DNA of 64,000 nt from Somniosus microcephalus (lineage: Eukaryota), in contig CM126206.1 of assembly GCA_052327205.1 (NCBI GenBank), positions 8,680,001-8,744,000 on the forward strand, in the 5' to 3' direction. Made by a program: the position numbers and the translations under genes. A model generated the notes under the pieces. It was not told where the DNA came from and made no database searches. It saw only the letters and a program-made list of their open reading frames with translations. Below, piece after piece: positions 13,518 through 26,837 of this stretch (positions within the stretch are counted from its first letter, which is position 1; each line of letters starts with the position of its first letter).

Positions 13518-14440
13518 CATAAGAACATAAGAAATAGGAGCAGGAGTAGGCCAATCGGCCCCTCGAGCCTGCTCCACCATTCAATAAGATCATGGCTGAT
13601 CTGATCCTAACCTCAAATCTTCTATCACTCTCCATCCCACCCGAACCCATGTGATCTCCCAGGAGAGGTGAAAAACCAGGTAAAAAACCCAATGGCCAAT
13701 TTGGGAGAAAAAATCTGGGAAATTCCTCTCCGACCCATCTAGGCGATCGAAACTCTTCCAGGAGATCACTCTGTCCCTATATTTTCTACAGTACTTACCT
13801 TCTGTAAAGGCGATCTCCACCCCAGCCAGGAACAGGAATAAAACCATCTCCTGAAATCCAGCAGAATTAGAACACAGTAGGAGCGGAACCAGGCTACACG
13901 GCCCCTGGGCCCGCTCCACTACCCACAGGGCCATGACCATTCCGAACCTAGACTCATGTCCAATTTCCTGCCCGCTCCCCATAACCCTTAATTCCCTTTA
14001 CTTCTAGCAAACTATCTAGTTCTGTTTTAAATTTATTTAATGATGTAGCTTCCACAGCTTTCTGGGGCAGCAAATTCCACAAACCTACCACCCTCTGAGT
14101 GAAGAAGTTTCTCCTCATCTCAGTTTTGAAAGAGCAGCCCCTTATTTTAAGACTATGCGCCCTAGTTCTAGTTTCACCCATCATTGGGAACATCCTCACC
14201 GCATCCACCCGATCCAACCCCTTCACAATCTTATATGTTTCAATAAGATCGCCTCTCATTCTTCTGAACTCCAATGAGTAGAGTCCCAATCTACTCAACC
14301 TCTCCTCATATGACCACCCCCTCATCCCCGGGATTAACCGAGTGAACCTTCTTTGTACTGACTCGAGAGCAAGTATGTCTTTTCTTAAGTATGGACACCA
14401 AAACTGTATGCAGTATTCCAGGTGCGGTCTCACCAATACA
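13518..14440 (-). mobile_element. CR1 3' fragment with a long 3'UTR
   Basis: LVRPHLEYCIQFWCPYLRKD...GIKGYGERAGNWT; tail microsatellite at about 13520. Confidence 0.88.
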
Positions 14441-14724
14441 TTGCAAGACACAACCAAGCTCGAAGAGAGGGACACCAGTATGATTTTTTTTTTGTTAAGC
14501 ACTCTGTTCTCTTTCCCCTTCCATTGTTCAGTGGCTGAATGTGGCGGCCACTGTGATCGTGGCCAGCAGCTTCCAGCTTCACTCCCCAATCTGTGCTGAG
14601 TTAACGGCTTTCTGCGCGGTGGCAGAAGGGCCTGCTAAATATTCCAGGCTACAGAGGGAAATATCAGCTTGGATTCCTGTTCTTGATCTACCTCCCCACC
14701 ACTTCTCTCGACCCCTCCACGGGC

Positions 14725-15142
14725 TCTAAATTGTCAGACTGCTTCTCCGACATCCAGTACTGGATCAGCAGAAATTTTTGCCAATTAAATATTGGGAAGA
14801 CCAAAGACATGGTCTTCGGTCCCGGCCACTGACTCCATCCCTCTCCCTAACCTCTGTCTGAGGCTGAACCACACTGTTCGCAACCTTGGTGTCATATTTG
14901 ACCCTGAAATGAGCTTCCAACCACACATCTGCGCCATAACTAAGACCGCCTATTTCCACCTCTGTAACATCGCCCGTCTCCGCGCCCCCCCACCACCCCC
15001 CCCCCCCCCCCCCCCAAACCACCACCTCCGCTCATCTGCTGAAACCCTCACCCCTGCCTTTGTTACCTCTAGACTTGACTATTCCAACGCACTCCTGGCT
15101 GGCCACCCACGTTCTACTCTACTTAAACTCATGGTCATCCAG
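14725..15142 (+). mobile_element. L2 LINE RT fragment
   Basis: VRNLGVIFDPEMSFQPHI...KTAYFHLCNIARLR...FVTSRLDYSNALLAG. Confidence 0.85.
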
Positions 15143-16497
15143 TGGTGGGTAAAGTTTTAGAAACAATAATCAAGGAAAAAATTAACGGGCATTTGGAAAG
15201 TTTTAAGCTAATTAAAGAGAGCCAACACTGGTTTGTAAAAGGCAGATCGTGTTTGACTAACCTAATTGAATTTTTTGATGAAGTAACAGGGAGGATTGAT
15301 GAAGGGAATGCAATGGATGCTGTCTACATGGATTTTCGGAAGGTGTTTGACAAAGTACCACATAGAAGGCTGGTTAACAAAATTGAGGCTCATGGAATAG
15401 GTGGTCAGTGGCAGCTTGGATAAGGAATTGGCTTAAGGACAGAAAACAGCGAGCTGTGGTAAATGGCTGTTTTTCAGACTGGAGGATGGTGGACAGTGGT
15501 GTTCCCCAAGGGTCAGAGCTGGGGCCACTGCTTTTTTTGATATATATAAATGATCTGGATATTGGAATACAAAGTATTTCTAAATTTGCCAAAGACACCA
15601 AACTTGTGGGTGTGGCAAACAGTGAGGATGATACCAATCGACTGCAACAGGACATAGAAAGACTAGCAGAATGGGCAGACAAGTAGCAGATAGAATTTAA
15701 TAGAGATGTGTGAGGTGATGCATTTTGGCAGAAGGAACAGGGAGAGGCAATATACACTTAATGGCACAGTTTTAAAGAGTGTGCAGGGACAGAGGGACCT
15801 GGGAGTTAATGTGCACAGGTCCCTGAAGGTGGCGGGACATATTGAGAAAGTGGTTAACAAAGCATATGGGATCTTGGGCTTCATAAATAAAGGTATTGAG
15901 TACAAAAGTAGAGAAGTTATGCTGAATCTTTATAAAGCGCTGGTTAGGCCACAACTGGAGTATTGCGTCCAGTTCTGGTCACCACACTTTAGGAAGGATG
16001 TGAAGGCCCTTGAGACGGTGCAGAGGAGATTTACCAGAATGGTTCCGGGGATGGGGGATCTTGACTACAAGGACAGGTGGGAGAAGCTGGATTTGTTTTC
16101 ATTAGAGCAAAGGAGGTTGAGGGGTGATTTGATCGAGGTGTACAAGATTATGACGGGTTTGGATAGGCTAGACGGGGAAAGGCTGTTCCCACTAGTTGAT
16201 GGTACAAGGACTAGGGGACACAGATTTAAGGTTTTGGGCAAGAGATACAGGGGGGATGTGAGGAAAAGAACTTTTTTACGCAGCGAGTGGTGAGGACCCG
16301 GAACTCGCTGCCGACGGAAGTGGTGGAAGCGGAGACACTCAATGTTTTCAAGGGGAGACTGGATAGGCACTTGAAGGAAATAAACTTGCAGGGCTACGGG
16401 GATAGAGCGGGGGAATGGGACTGACTGGATTGCTCTACAGAGAGCCGGCACGGACTCGATGGGCCGAATGGCCTCCTTCTGTGCCGTATGACTCTGA
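15142..16497 (+). mobile_element. CR1 LINE RT and 3' end
   Basis: SCLTNLIEFFD, GVPQGS, KFAKDTKL, LVRPQLEYCVQFWSP; CR1-type tail. Confidence 0.92.
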
Positions 16498-16912
16498 CAT
16501 AGGAACAGGAGGAGACCATTTGCCATTTGGGCCTGTGTTGGCATTCAGTTAGATCATGGTTGATCTGTACTTCAGCTCCATACCCCTTCATATCCCTGCC
16601 TAACAAAAATCTATCTCGGTTTTGAATTTTTCAATTGACCCCCCAGCCTCAACAGTCTTTTTGGGAGAGAGTTCCAGATTTCCACTGCCCTTTGTGTGAA
16701 GAAGTGCTTCCTGACATCACCCCTGAACGGCCTGGCTCTAATTTTAAGGTTATACCCCCTTGTTCTGGACTCCCCCACAAGATTCCTCAGCTTGACTCAG
16801 TTGGTAACACTCTGAGTCAGAAGGCTGTGGGTTCAAGTCCGACTCCAGAGACTTGAGCATGTACTCCAGGCTGACACTTCAGTGCAGTACTCGGGGGAAT
16901 GCTGCACTGCCT
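16498..16912. mobile_element. CR1 tail fragment (-) and DeuSINE head (+)
   Basis: Reverse CR1 tail at 16498-16780; ctcagttggtaacactctgagtcagaaggctgtgggttcaagtcc head at about 16795. Confidence 0.65.
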
Positions 16913-16914
16913 TT

Positions 16915-18420
16915 AACAACAGCAACTTACATTTATAAAGCGCGCTCAACGTAGGAAAACACCCCAAGGCTCTTCGCACGAGAGTAATCAGACAAAATTT
17001 GACACCGAGCCAGAGATGATGATGTTGGGGCAGGTGATTAAAAGCATTGTCAAAGAGGTAGGTTTTAAGGAGCGTCTTGAAGGAGGAGAGAGAGGCGGAG
17101 AGGTCTCGGGAGAGAATGCTAGAGCTTTGAGCCTAGGCAGCTGAATACATGGCCGCCAGTGGGTTAAAGGAAATGGGCGATGCACAAGACGCCAGAATTG
17201 GAGGAATGCAGAGATCTCGGAGGGTTGTAGGGCTTGAGGTTACAGAGATGAGGAAGCCATGGAGGAATTTGAACACGAGGATGAGAAGTTTAAATTCGAG
17301 GCGTTACTGGACTGGGAGCCAGTGTAGGTCAGCGAGCACAGGGGTGATGGGTGAACGGGACTTGGTGCGAGTTATGATACAGTTATGGATGAGCTGAATT
17401 TTACTGAGGGTTGAAGAGCGGGAGGCTGGCCAGATCACTGGAATTCGCTAGAGCTTAGAAGAATGAGAGGGGATCTCATTGAAACTTATAAAATTCTAAC
17501 AGGACTAGACAGACTAGATGCAGGAAGGATGTTCCCGATGGCCAGGGAGTCTAGAACCAGGGGTCACAGTCTAAGGATAAGGGGTAAGCCATTTAGGACA
17601 GAGATGAGGAGGAATTTCTTCACCCAGAGAGTGGTGAACCTGTGGAATTCTCTACCACAGAAGGCAGTAGAGGCCAATACATTAAATATATTCAAGAAGG
17701 AGTTAGATATATTTCTTAAGGCTAAAGGGATCAAGGGATATGGGGAGAAGGCAGGGACAGGGCACTGAATTTGGATGATTAGCCATGATCGCATTGAATG
17801 GCGGAGCAGGCTCGAGGGGCCGAATGGCCTACTCCTGCTCCTATCTTCTATGTTTCTATGAATAGTCGAGTCTGAAGGTAACGAGATGAGGGTTTTAGCA
17901 GCAGATGAGCTGAGGCGGGGGTTGAGACGAGTGATGTTAGAGGTGGAAGTAGGCAGTCTTTATGATGGAGAGGATATGAGGTCGGAAGCTAGGCTCAGGA
18001 TCAAATAGGGCGCCAAGGTTGCGAACAGTCTGGTTCAGCCCGAGACAGTGGCCAGGGAGCTAATGGAAGTGTTGGTGAAAAAACCGGGTTTGTGGCGGGG
18101 ACCAAAGACAATGGCTTCAGTTTACCCAATATTTAATTCGAAGAAATGTAGGTTCATCCAGGGCTGGATGTCGGACAAGTAGTGTGACAACACAGTGGAG
18201 GGGTCGAGAGAGGCGGTGGTGATGGGGCGGGAGTTTATAAAGACAGTGGGCTCGAGGGTGGATTTTTAGAGGATGTGGTGATGGCGGCAGGTTTGAAAGG
18301 GAGGGAGACAGCACAGGAGAGGGAACAGTTTACAACATCAGCTAGCATAGGGTCCAAGAAGGAAAGTTGGGTACTGGGGAGTTTAGTGGGAATAGGATTG
18401 AGGGAGCAGGATGGTCTCAA
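16915..18420 (-). mobile_element. L2 LINE fragment interrupted by a CR1 3' fragment (+, about 17437-17860)
   Basis: Reverse complement resembles the L2 at 56390-57190; the inserted MRGDLIETYKIL...GYGEKAGTG carries a ttctatgt tail. Confidence 0.8.
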
Positions 18421-19218
18421 TGGGGGGGAAGGGTCTGCGATTGGGGGGGAAGGGTCTGCGATTGGGGGGGAAGGGTCTGCGATTGGGGGGGAAGGGTCTG
18501 CGATTGGGGGGGAAGGGTCTGCGATTGGGGGGGAAGGGTCTGCGATTGGGGGGGAAGGGTCTGCGATTGGGGGGGAAGGGTCTGCGATTGGGGGGGAAGG
18601 GTCTGCGATTGGGGGGGAAGGGTCTGCGATTGGGGGGGGAAGGGTCTGCGATTGGGGGGGAAGGGTCTGCGATTGGGGGGGAAGGGCCTGCGATTGGGGG
18701 GGAAGGGCCTGCGATTGGGGGGGAAGGGCCTGCGATTGGGGGGGGAAGGGCCTGCGATTGGGGGGGGAAGGGCCTGCGATTGGGGGGGAAGGGCCTGCGA
18801 TTGGGGGGGAAGGGCCTGCGATTGGGGGGGGAAGGGCCTGCGATTGGGGGGGGAAGGGCCTGCGATTGGGGGGGGAAGGGCCTGCGATTGGGGGGGGAAG
18901 GGCCTGCGATTGGGGGGGGAAGGGCCTGCGATTGGGGGGGAAGGGCCTGCGATTGGGGGGGAAGGGCCTGCGATTGGGGGGGAAGGGCCTGCGATTGGGG
19001 GGGAAGGGCCTGCGATTGGGGGGGAAGGGCCTGCGATTGGGGGGGAAGGGCCTGCGATTGGGGGGGGAAGGGCCTGCGATTGGGGGGAAGGAAGGGCCTG
19101 CGATTGGGGGGAAGGAAGGGCCTGCGATTGGGGGGGGGGGGGAGGGCCTGCGATCGGGGGGGGGGGGAGGGCCTGCGATCGGGGGGGGGGAAGGGCCTGC
19201 GATCGGGGGGGGAAGGGT
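18421..19218. repeat. 21-22-bp G-rich minisatellite, about 37 copies
   Basis: Unit gggggggaaggg(t/c)ctgcgatt. Confidence 0.95.
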
Positions 19219-19219
19219 C

Positions 19220-20025
19220 GAGTGATTTAAATGACAAAAGGGATGATGGTGCAAGGCAAAAGCGGACAGTAATGGGACAGTAAAGAAACAAAAGATGGGT
19301 CTAGAGGAGTTGGAAATGGTAAAAGCAGAACCATTACCAGCCCCTGCTATTCATAAAAATGGGATCAGTGGTTATGATGTGAAATTGTTGATCTCAACGT
19401 TGAGTCTGGAAGGATATAAAGTGCCTAATTGAAAGATGAGCTGCTGTTCCTCGCGCTTCCGTTGAGCTTCATTGGAACAGTGTAGGAGGATGAGGTGGAG
19501 AATTAAAATGGCAAACAACCAGAAGCTCAGGGTCACGCTTGCGGATTGAATGGAGATGTTCTGCAAAGTTATCGCCCAATCTGCGTTTGGTCTTCCCGAT
19601 GTAGAGGAGACCGCATCGGGAGCAGCCAATACTGTATATTAAATTGAACAAAGTACAAGTAAATCACTGTTTCACCTCGAAGGAGTGTTTGGTGCTCTGG
19701 ATGGTGGTAAGGGCAGATGTTGCATCTCCTGCGCTTGCCCGAGAAGGTGCCGTGGGAAGGGGAATGGGTGATGGAAGAGTGGACCAGGATGTCGTGGAGG
19801 GAACGGTCCCTTTGGAATGCTGAAAGGGGAAGGAAGGTGTGTTTGATGGTGGTGAAAATGGCGGAGGATTATCCAGTGAATGTGGAGGCTGGTGGGGTGG
19901 AAGCCGAGGGGAACCCAATCGTGGTTCTGGGAGGGAGGGGAAGGGGTGAGAGCAGAAGTGCTAGAAATGGGCCGGACCCTGTCGAGGACCACGGCGGAGG
20001 GGGATCCTAGGTTGAGGAAGAAGCA
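19220..20025 (-). mobile_element. Penelope-like element fragment (GIY-YIG endonuclease)
   Basis: NLIYSIGCSRCGLLYIGKTKRRLGDNFAEHLHSIR...CHFNS and REEQQLIFQLGTLYPSRLNVE. Confidence 0.85.
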
Positions 20026-20094
20026 ACATTGGGTTGGGTTTAACGAAGACCGTGATTGTTTTGCAATGGTAAATATCTTTAATTAGAAGCCACA

Positions 20095-21935
20095 ATTGAA
20101 TGAGCAGAAATTTCCTTCAGTTAAATATTGGGAAGACCAAAGCCACCGACTCCATCCCCCTCCCTGGCCAGTGTCTGAGGCTGAACCACACTTTGCAATC
20201 TTGGAGCCCCAGTTGACCCTGAGCTGAGCTTCCAACCCCATATCCTCTCCATCACCAAGAACGCCTATTTCTACCTCCGTAATACTGCCCGTCTCGGCTC
20301 ATCTGCTGCTGAATCCCTCCTCCATTGTTTTTGTTACCTCCAGGCTTGACTATTCCAGTGTTCTCCTGGCTAGCCGGCTGCCCATCTTCCACCCTTTGTA
20401 AACGTAGCTCATCCAAAACTCTGCTGCCTGTGTCCTAACTCGCACCCAGTCCCATTCACTCATCACGCCCTGTGCTCACTGCCCCGTGTCCTAACTCGCA
20501 CCCAGTCCCGTTCACCCATCACCCCCTGTGCTCACTGCCCCGTGTCCTAACTCGCACCCAGTCCCGTTCACCCCTCACCCCCTGTGCTCACTGACCCGTG
20601 TCCTAACTCTCACCCAGTCCCGTTCACCCATCACCCTCTGTGCTCACTGCCCCGTGTCCTAACTCACACCCAGTCCCGTTCATCCATCACCCCCTGTGCT
20701 CACTGCCCCGTGTCCTAACTCGCACCCAGTCCCGTTCACCCATCACCCCCTGTGCTCACTGCCCCGTGTCCTAACTCACACCCAGTCCCGTTCATCCATC
20801 ACCCTTGTGCTCGCTGACCCGTGTCCTAACTCACACCCAGTCCCGTTCACCCATCACCCCCTGTGCTCACTGCCCCGTGTCCTAACTCGCACCCAGTCCC
20901 GTTCACCCATCACCCCCTGTGCTCACTGCCCCGTGTCCTAACTCGCACCCAGTCCCGTTCACCCATCACCCCCTGTGCTCACTGCCCCGTGTCCTAACTC
21001 ACACCCAGTCCCATTCACCCATCACCCCCTGTGCTCACTGCCCCGTGTCCTAACTCTCACCCAGTCCCGTTCACCCATCACCCTTGTGCTCGCTGACCTA
21101 CATTGGCTCCTGTTCCGCCATTCATTGAGAGAGAGAGAGAGAAACTATTTCCGCTGGTTGGGGATTCGAGGACTAGGGGGCAGAGTCTAAAAATTAGAGC
21201 CAGACCTTTCAGGAGTGAAGTTAGGAAACACTTCTACACACACAGGGTGATCGAAGTTTGGAACTCTCTTCCGCAAACAGCAATTGATGCTGGATTCCCC
21301 ACATTACAACAGTGACTACACTCAAAGTACTTCATTGGCTGTAAAGCGCTTTGAGATGTCCGGTGGTCGTGAAAGGTGCTATATAAATGCAAGTCTTTTT
21401 TTTAGATCAATTGTTAATTTTAAATCTGAGATTGATAGATTTTTGTTAACCCAAGGTATTAAGGGATATGGAGCAAAGATGGAGTTAGGTCGCAGATCAG
21501 CCATGATCTCGTTGAATGGTGGAACAGGCACAAGGGGCTAAATGGCCTCCTCCTGTTCCTATGTTCCTGCAATGCCTTGAATTTAAAATTCTCATCCTTG
21601 TTTTCTCCCTATCCCTGTAACCCCCCTCCAGCCCCACAACCCTCAGATCGCTGAGCTCCTCTCATTCTGGCCTCTTGGACATCCCCGATTTTCATCGCTC
21701 CACCATTGGCAGCCGTGCCTTCAGTTGCCTGGGCCCTAAGCTTTGGAATTCCCTCCCTAAACCTCTCGCCTCTCTACCTCTCTCCTCCTTTAACACGCTC
21801 CTTAAAACCTACCTCTGACCAAGCTTTTGGTCACCTGCCCTAATATTTCCATATCTGGCTCCGGGTCCAATCGCCCCTGTGAAGCACCTTGGGACGTTGT
21901 ACTGCGTTAAAGGTGCTATATAAATCCAAGTTGTT
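20095..21935 (+). mobile_element. L2 LINE 3' part with an internal tandem expansion and nested CR1/SINE pieces (about 21130-21570)
   Basis: Colinear with the L2 at 56390-57190; ends in aaggtgctatataaatccaagttgttg. Confidence 0.8.
20431..21100. repeat. 56-bp minisatellite derived from L2, about 12 copies
   Basis: Unit tgtcctaactcgcacccagtcccgttcacccatcaccccctgtgctcactgccccg; a single-copy equivalent is at 56711-56765. Confidence 0.92.
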
Positions 21936-22384
21936 GTATCAGGCTGGGAGCAGCGAACTGTCGTTTGGCCTGGAGCCAAGGCTGGATGCGAGGCAGATAG
22001 GGGCAGCTATGGAGCTAACGTCGGGTGTAAAGCTGGTGAAGGTGCAGAGGGGGGCCTGTATTGCTGCTTTTTACATCAGTGTCCGTTTCTGCCTACTCCC
22101 TGATGGAAAGTCTCAGCTCCCTGAGGGAAGTGATCAGCAGGAGTGACGGGAGGAGGCCAGTGAGGATGTGTCTGGTGCTGGGCCCAGGCAGAAGTCCATT
22201 ATTCTTCTCTTTGCAATAATGGAGTCAATGACGGCTTCGGGGGCAGATGGGCTGAGATTGGGACACAGGCGGGTGTTGCTGCGGAGGGGGGAGTAAGGTG
22301 TCTTAGTGATGGAGAGGGTATGGGGGGTCGGAAGCTTCACACAGGGTCGAACGGGACGCTAACATTGTCAACAGTCTGGCGCAA

Positions 22385-22505
22385 CTTCAGACAACAAAGG
22401 ACGACACACTCGAAACGTTAGTCTGTCCTTTCTGTTCACATGCTGACTGACCTGCCTCGTTTCTCCAGCATTTCCTGGTTTTATTTCAGATTTGCGGTAT
22501 TACTT
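22385..22505 (+). mobile_element. Degenerate Penelope terminal-repeat fragment
   Basis: cgaaacgtta...atgctgactgacctgc...tccagcattt...ttttatttcagattt resembles, from memory, fish/shark Penelope termini. Confidence 0.5.
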
Positions 22506-22664
22506 TTATTTGAACAGTTTCTAGCAGCTGTTGCGTGTAATGAGGAGCTGTTTTGGTGATGAGACGCCTCGCTTTCCCTTCAAATAAATATAGCAAGTAA
22601 TTGTCTACATTTTGGCATGAATGCTACACTTTGTACCAGCCAGCTGTCAGCAATACGGGGACAT

Positions 22665-25600
22665 CACTGAGAGACCTCGCACTGTCCCTGTACCAATAGT
22701 TAGCTCACTGACACGGGCGATTCACACTGCCCCTGTACAAATAGTGAGCTCACTGACACGAGAGTCTCGCACTGCCCCTGTACAAATAGTGAGCTCATTG
22801 ACACGAGCGTCTCGCACTGCCCCTGTACAAATAGTGAGCACACTGACATGGGTGTCTCGCATTGCCCCGTAACAATAGTGAGCTCACTGACACGAGCATC
22901 TCGCACTACCCCTGTACAAATAGTGAGCTCACTGACACAAGCGTCTCACACTGCCCCTGTACAAATAGTGAGCTCACTGACACGAGGGTCTCACACAGCC
23001 CCCTGTACCAATAGTGAGCTCACTGAGACGAGCGTCTCGCACTAACCCTGTACCAATAGTGAGCTCACTGACACGAGCGTCTCGCACTAACCCTGTACCA
23101 ATAGTGAGCTCACTGACCCGAGCGTCTCGCACTACCCCTGTACCAATAGTGAGCTCACTGAAACGGGCGTCTCGCACTGTCCCTGTACCAATAGTGAGCT
23201 CACTGACACGAGCGTCTCGCACTGTCCCTGTACCAATAGTGAGCTCACTGACACGAGTGCCTCGCACTGCCCCTGTACCAATAGTGAGCTCACTGAAACG
23301 GGCGTCGCTTACTGACACGGGCGTCTCGCACTGTCCCTGTACCAATAGTGAGCTCACTGACCCGAGCGTCTCGCACTACCCATGTAACAATAGTGAGCTC
23401 ACTGACACGAGCGTCGCTCACTGTCCCTGTACCAATAGTGAGCTCACTGACACGGGCGCCTCGCACTGCCCCTGTACCAATAGTGAGCTCACTGAAACGA
23501 GCGTCTCGCACTGCCCCTGTACCAATAGTGAGCTCACTAACACGAGCGTCTCGCACTGCCCCATACCAATAGTGAGCTCACTGACACGGGCGTCTTGCAG
23601 CGCCCCTGTACCAATAGTGAGCTCACTGACACGAGCATCTTACACTGTCCCTGTACCAATAGTGAGCTCACTGAAATGGGCGTCTCGCACTGCCCCTGTA
23701 CAAATAGTGAGCTCACTGACACGGGCGTCTCGCACTGTCCCTGTACCAATAGTGAGCTCACTGAAATGGGCGTCTCGCACTGCCCCTGTACAAATAGTGA
23801 GCTCACTGACACGGGCGTCTCGCACTGTCCCTGTACCAATAGTGAGCTCACTGACCCGAGCGTCTCGCACTAGTCCTGTACCAATAGTGAGCTCACTGAC
23901 ACGAGCGTCTCGCAGTCCCTGTACCAATAGTGAGCTCACTGACACGAGCGTCTCGCACTGTCCCTGTACCAATAGTGAGCTCACTGACACGGGCGTCGCA
24001 CACTGCCCCTGTACCAATAGTGAGCTCACTGACCCGAGCGTCTCGCACTAGTCCTGTACCAATAGTGAGCTCACTGAAACGTGCGTCTCGCAGTCCCTGT
24101 ACCAATAGTGAGCTCACTGACATGAGCGTCTCGCACTGCCCCTGTACCAAAGTGAGCTCACTGACACGAGCGTCTCGCACTGTCCCTGTACCAATAGTGA
24201 GCTCACTGACACGAGCGTCTCGCACTGTCCCTGTACCAATAGCGAGCTCACTGACACGAGCATCTCGCACTAGTCCTGTACCAATAGTGAGCTCACTGAA
24301 ACGGGCATCTCGCACTGTCGCTGTACCAATAGTGAGCTCACTGACACGAGTGCCTCGCACTGCCCCTGTACCAATAGTGAGCTCACTGAAACGGGCGTCG
24401 CTTACTGACACGGGCGTCTCGCACTGTCCCTGTACCAATAGTGAGCTCACTGACACGGGCGTCTCGCACTGCCCCTGTACAAATAGTGAGCTCACTGCCA
24501 CGAGCGTCGCACACTGCCCCTGTACCAATAGTGAGCTCACTGACCCGAGCGTCTCACACTATGCCTGTGCCAATAGTGAGCTCACTGACCCGAGCGTCTC
24601 GCACTACCCATGTAACAATAGTGAGCTCACTGACACGAGCATCGCTCACTGTCCCTGTACCAATAGTGAGCTCACTGACACGGGCGCCTCGCACTGCCCC
24701 TGTACCAATAGTGAGCTCACTGAAACGAGCGTCTCGCACTGCCCCTGTACCAATAGTGAGCTCACTGACACGAGCGTCTCGCACTGCCCCTGTACCAATA
24801 GTGAGCTCACTAACACGAGCGTCTCGCACTGCCCCGTACCAATAGTGAGCTCACTGACACGGGCATCTCGCACTGTCCCTGTACCAATAGTGAGCTCACT
24901 GACACGAGCGTCGCACACTGCCCCTGTACCAACAGTGAGCTCACTGACCCGAGCGTCTCGCACTAGTCCTGTACCAATAGTGAGCTCACTGACACGAGCG
25001 TCTCGCAGTCCCTGTACCAATAGTGAGCTCACTGACATGAGCGTCTCGCACTGCCCCTGTACCAATAGTGAGCTCACTGACACGAGCGTCTCGCACTGTC
25101 CCTGTACCAATAGTGAGCTCACTGACACGGGCGTCGCACACTGCCCCTGTACCAATAGTGAGCTCACTGACCCGAGCGTCTCGCACTAGTCCTGTACCAA
25201 TAGTGAGCTCACTGACACGGGCGTCTCGCACTGTCCCTGTACCAATAGTGAGCTCACTGACACGAGCGTCTCGCACTGTCCCTGTACCAATAGCGAGCTC
25301 ACTGACACGAGCGTCTCGCACTGTCCCTGTACCAATAGTGAGCTCACTGACCCGAGCGCGTCTCACTACGCCTGTACCAATAGTGAGCTCACTGACACGG
25401 GCGTCTCGCACTGCCCCTGTACCAATAGTGAGCTCACTGACACGGGCGTCTCGCACTGCCCCTGTACCAATAGTGAGCTCACTGACACGGGCGTCTCACA
25501 CTGCCCCTGTACCAATAGTGAGCTCGCTGACACGGGCGTCTCGCACTACCCCTGTACCAATAGTGAGCTCACTGACACGAGCCTCTCTCACTGCCCCTGT

Positions 25601-25686
25601 ACCAATAGTGAGCTCACTGACACGAGCCTCTCTCACTGCCCCTGTACCAATAGTGAGCTCACTGACACGGGCGTCTCGCACTGTCT
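22665..25686. repeat. 45-bp minisatellite, about 67 copies
   Basis: Unit ctgtaccaatagtgagctcactgacacgagcgtctcgcactgccc. Confidence 0.97.
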
Positions 25687-26837
25687 CTCGAGTTGATTTG
25701 GTTGGCTGATATTACCCAATTGATATTAATTTTCCCATTGAATTGTTTATTGTGAGTGTGCGAGCTGAGGGCTGTTCATCGCTGGGGTAGCAGTTGATGA
25801 TAAAAGCAGCTGTTACAGGATCAGAGTCCTCTCTGGATGGCTGCTACCTCAGTCAAACATTCATTCTGCTCTCTACCGGAATCCAGTGCCGCTCTGGGCC
25901 CTTCAGGTGGTCTGTAATTTGACCTCTCTGCCAAGGGGAATAGGTCCTTCCTCTCCACTCTATCTCGGCCCCTCATAATTTTATACACCTCAATTAAATC
26001 TCCCCTCAGCCTCCTCTGTTCCAAAGAAAACAACCTCAGCCTATCCAATCTTTCCTCATAGCTAAAATTCTCCAGTCCTGGCAATATCCTCATAAATCTC
26101 CTCTGTGCCCTCTCTAGCGCAATCACATCTTTCCTGTAATGTGGTGACCAGAACTGCACGCAATATTCTAGCTGAGGTCTGAGGTGCTGCCTAAGAAGAA
26201 GAACTACTAGTGTTTTATACAGTTGAAGCATAACCCCCCTGCTCTTGTATTCTATGCCACGGCTAATAAAGGCAAGTATCCCGCCTTAACCACCTTATCT
26301 ACCTGGCCTGCTACCTTCAGGGATCTGTGGACATGCGCTCCAAGGTCCCTTTGTTCCTCTACACTACTCAGTGTCCTACCATTTAATGTGTATTCTCTTT
26401 CCTTGTTAGCCCTCCCCAAATGCATTACCTCGCACTTGTCCAGATTGAATTCCATTTGCCACTGTTCTGCCCACCTGACCAATTTATTGATATCTTCCTG
26501 CAGTCTGCAGCTTTCTTCTTCAGTATCAACCACACAGCCGATTTTTGTATTGTCTGCAAACTTCTTAATCATACCCCCTACATTCAAGTCTAGATCATTA
26601 ATATATATCACAAAAAGCAGAGGACCCAGTACTGAGCCCTGTGGAACCCCGCTGGAAACAGCCTTCCAGTCACAAAAACACCCTTCGACCATTACCCTCT
26701 GCTTCCCGCCTCTGAGCCAATTTTGGATCCAACTTGCCACTTTGCCTTGGATCCCATGGGCTTTTACTTTCATGACCAGTCTGCCATGTGGGACCTTATC
26801 AAAAGCCTTGCTAAAACCCATATACACTACATCAAAT

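Noticed and set aside
18235-19291. Long Pro- or Gly-rich ORFs on both strands
   Set aside because: Translations of a stop-free minisatellite.
22665-25686. CRISPR-like array with palindromic repeats
   Set aside because: Units are contiguous with no unique spacers, there are no cas genes, and the context is a eukaryotic intron.
23014-25709. ORFs up to 419 aa
   Set aside because: Artefacts of the 45-bp repeat.
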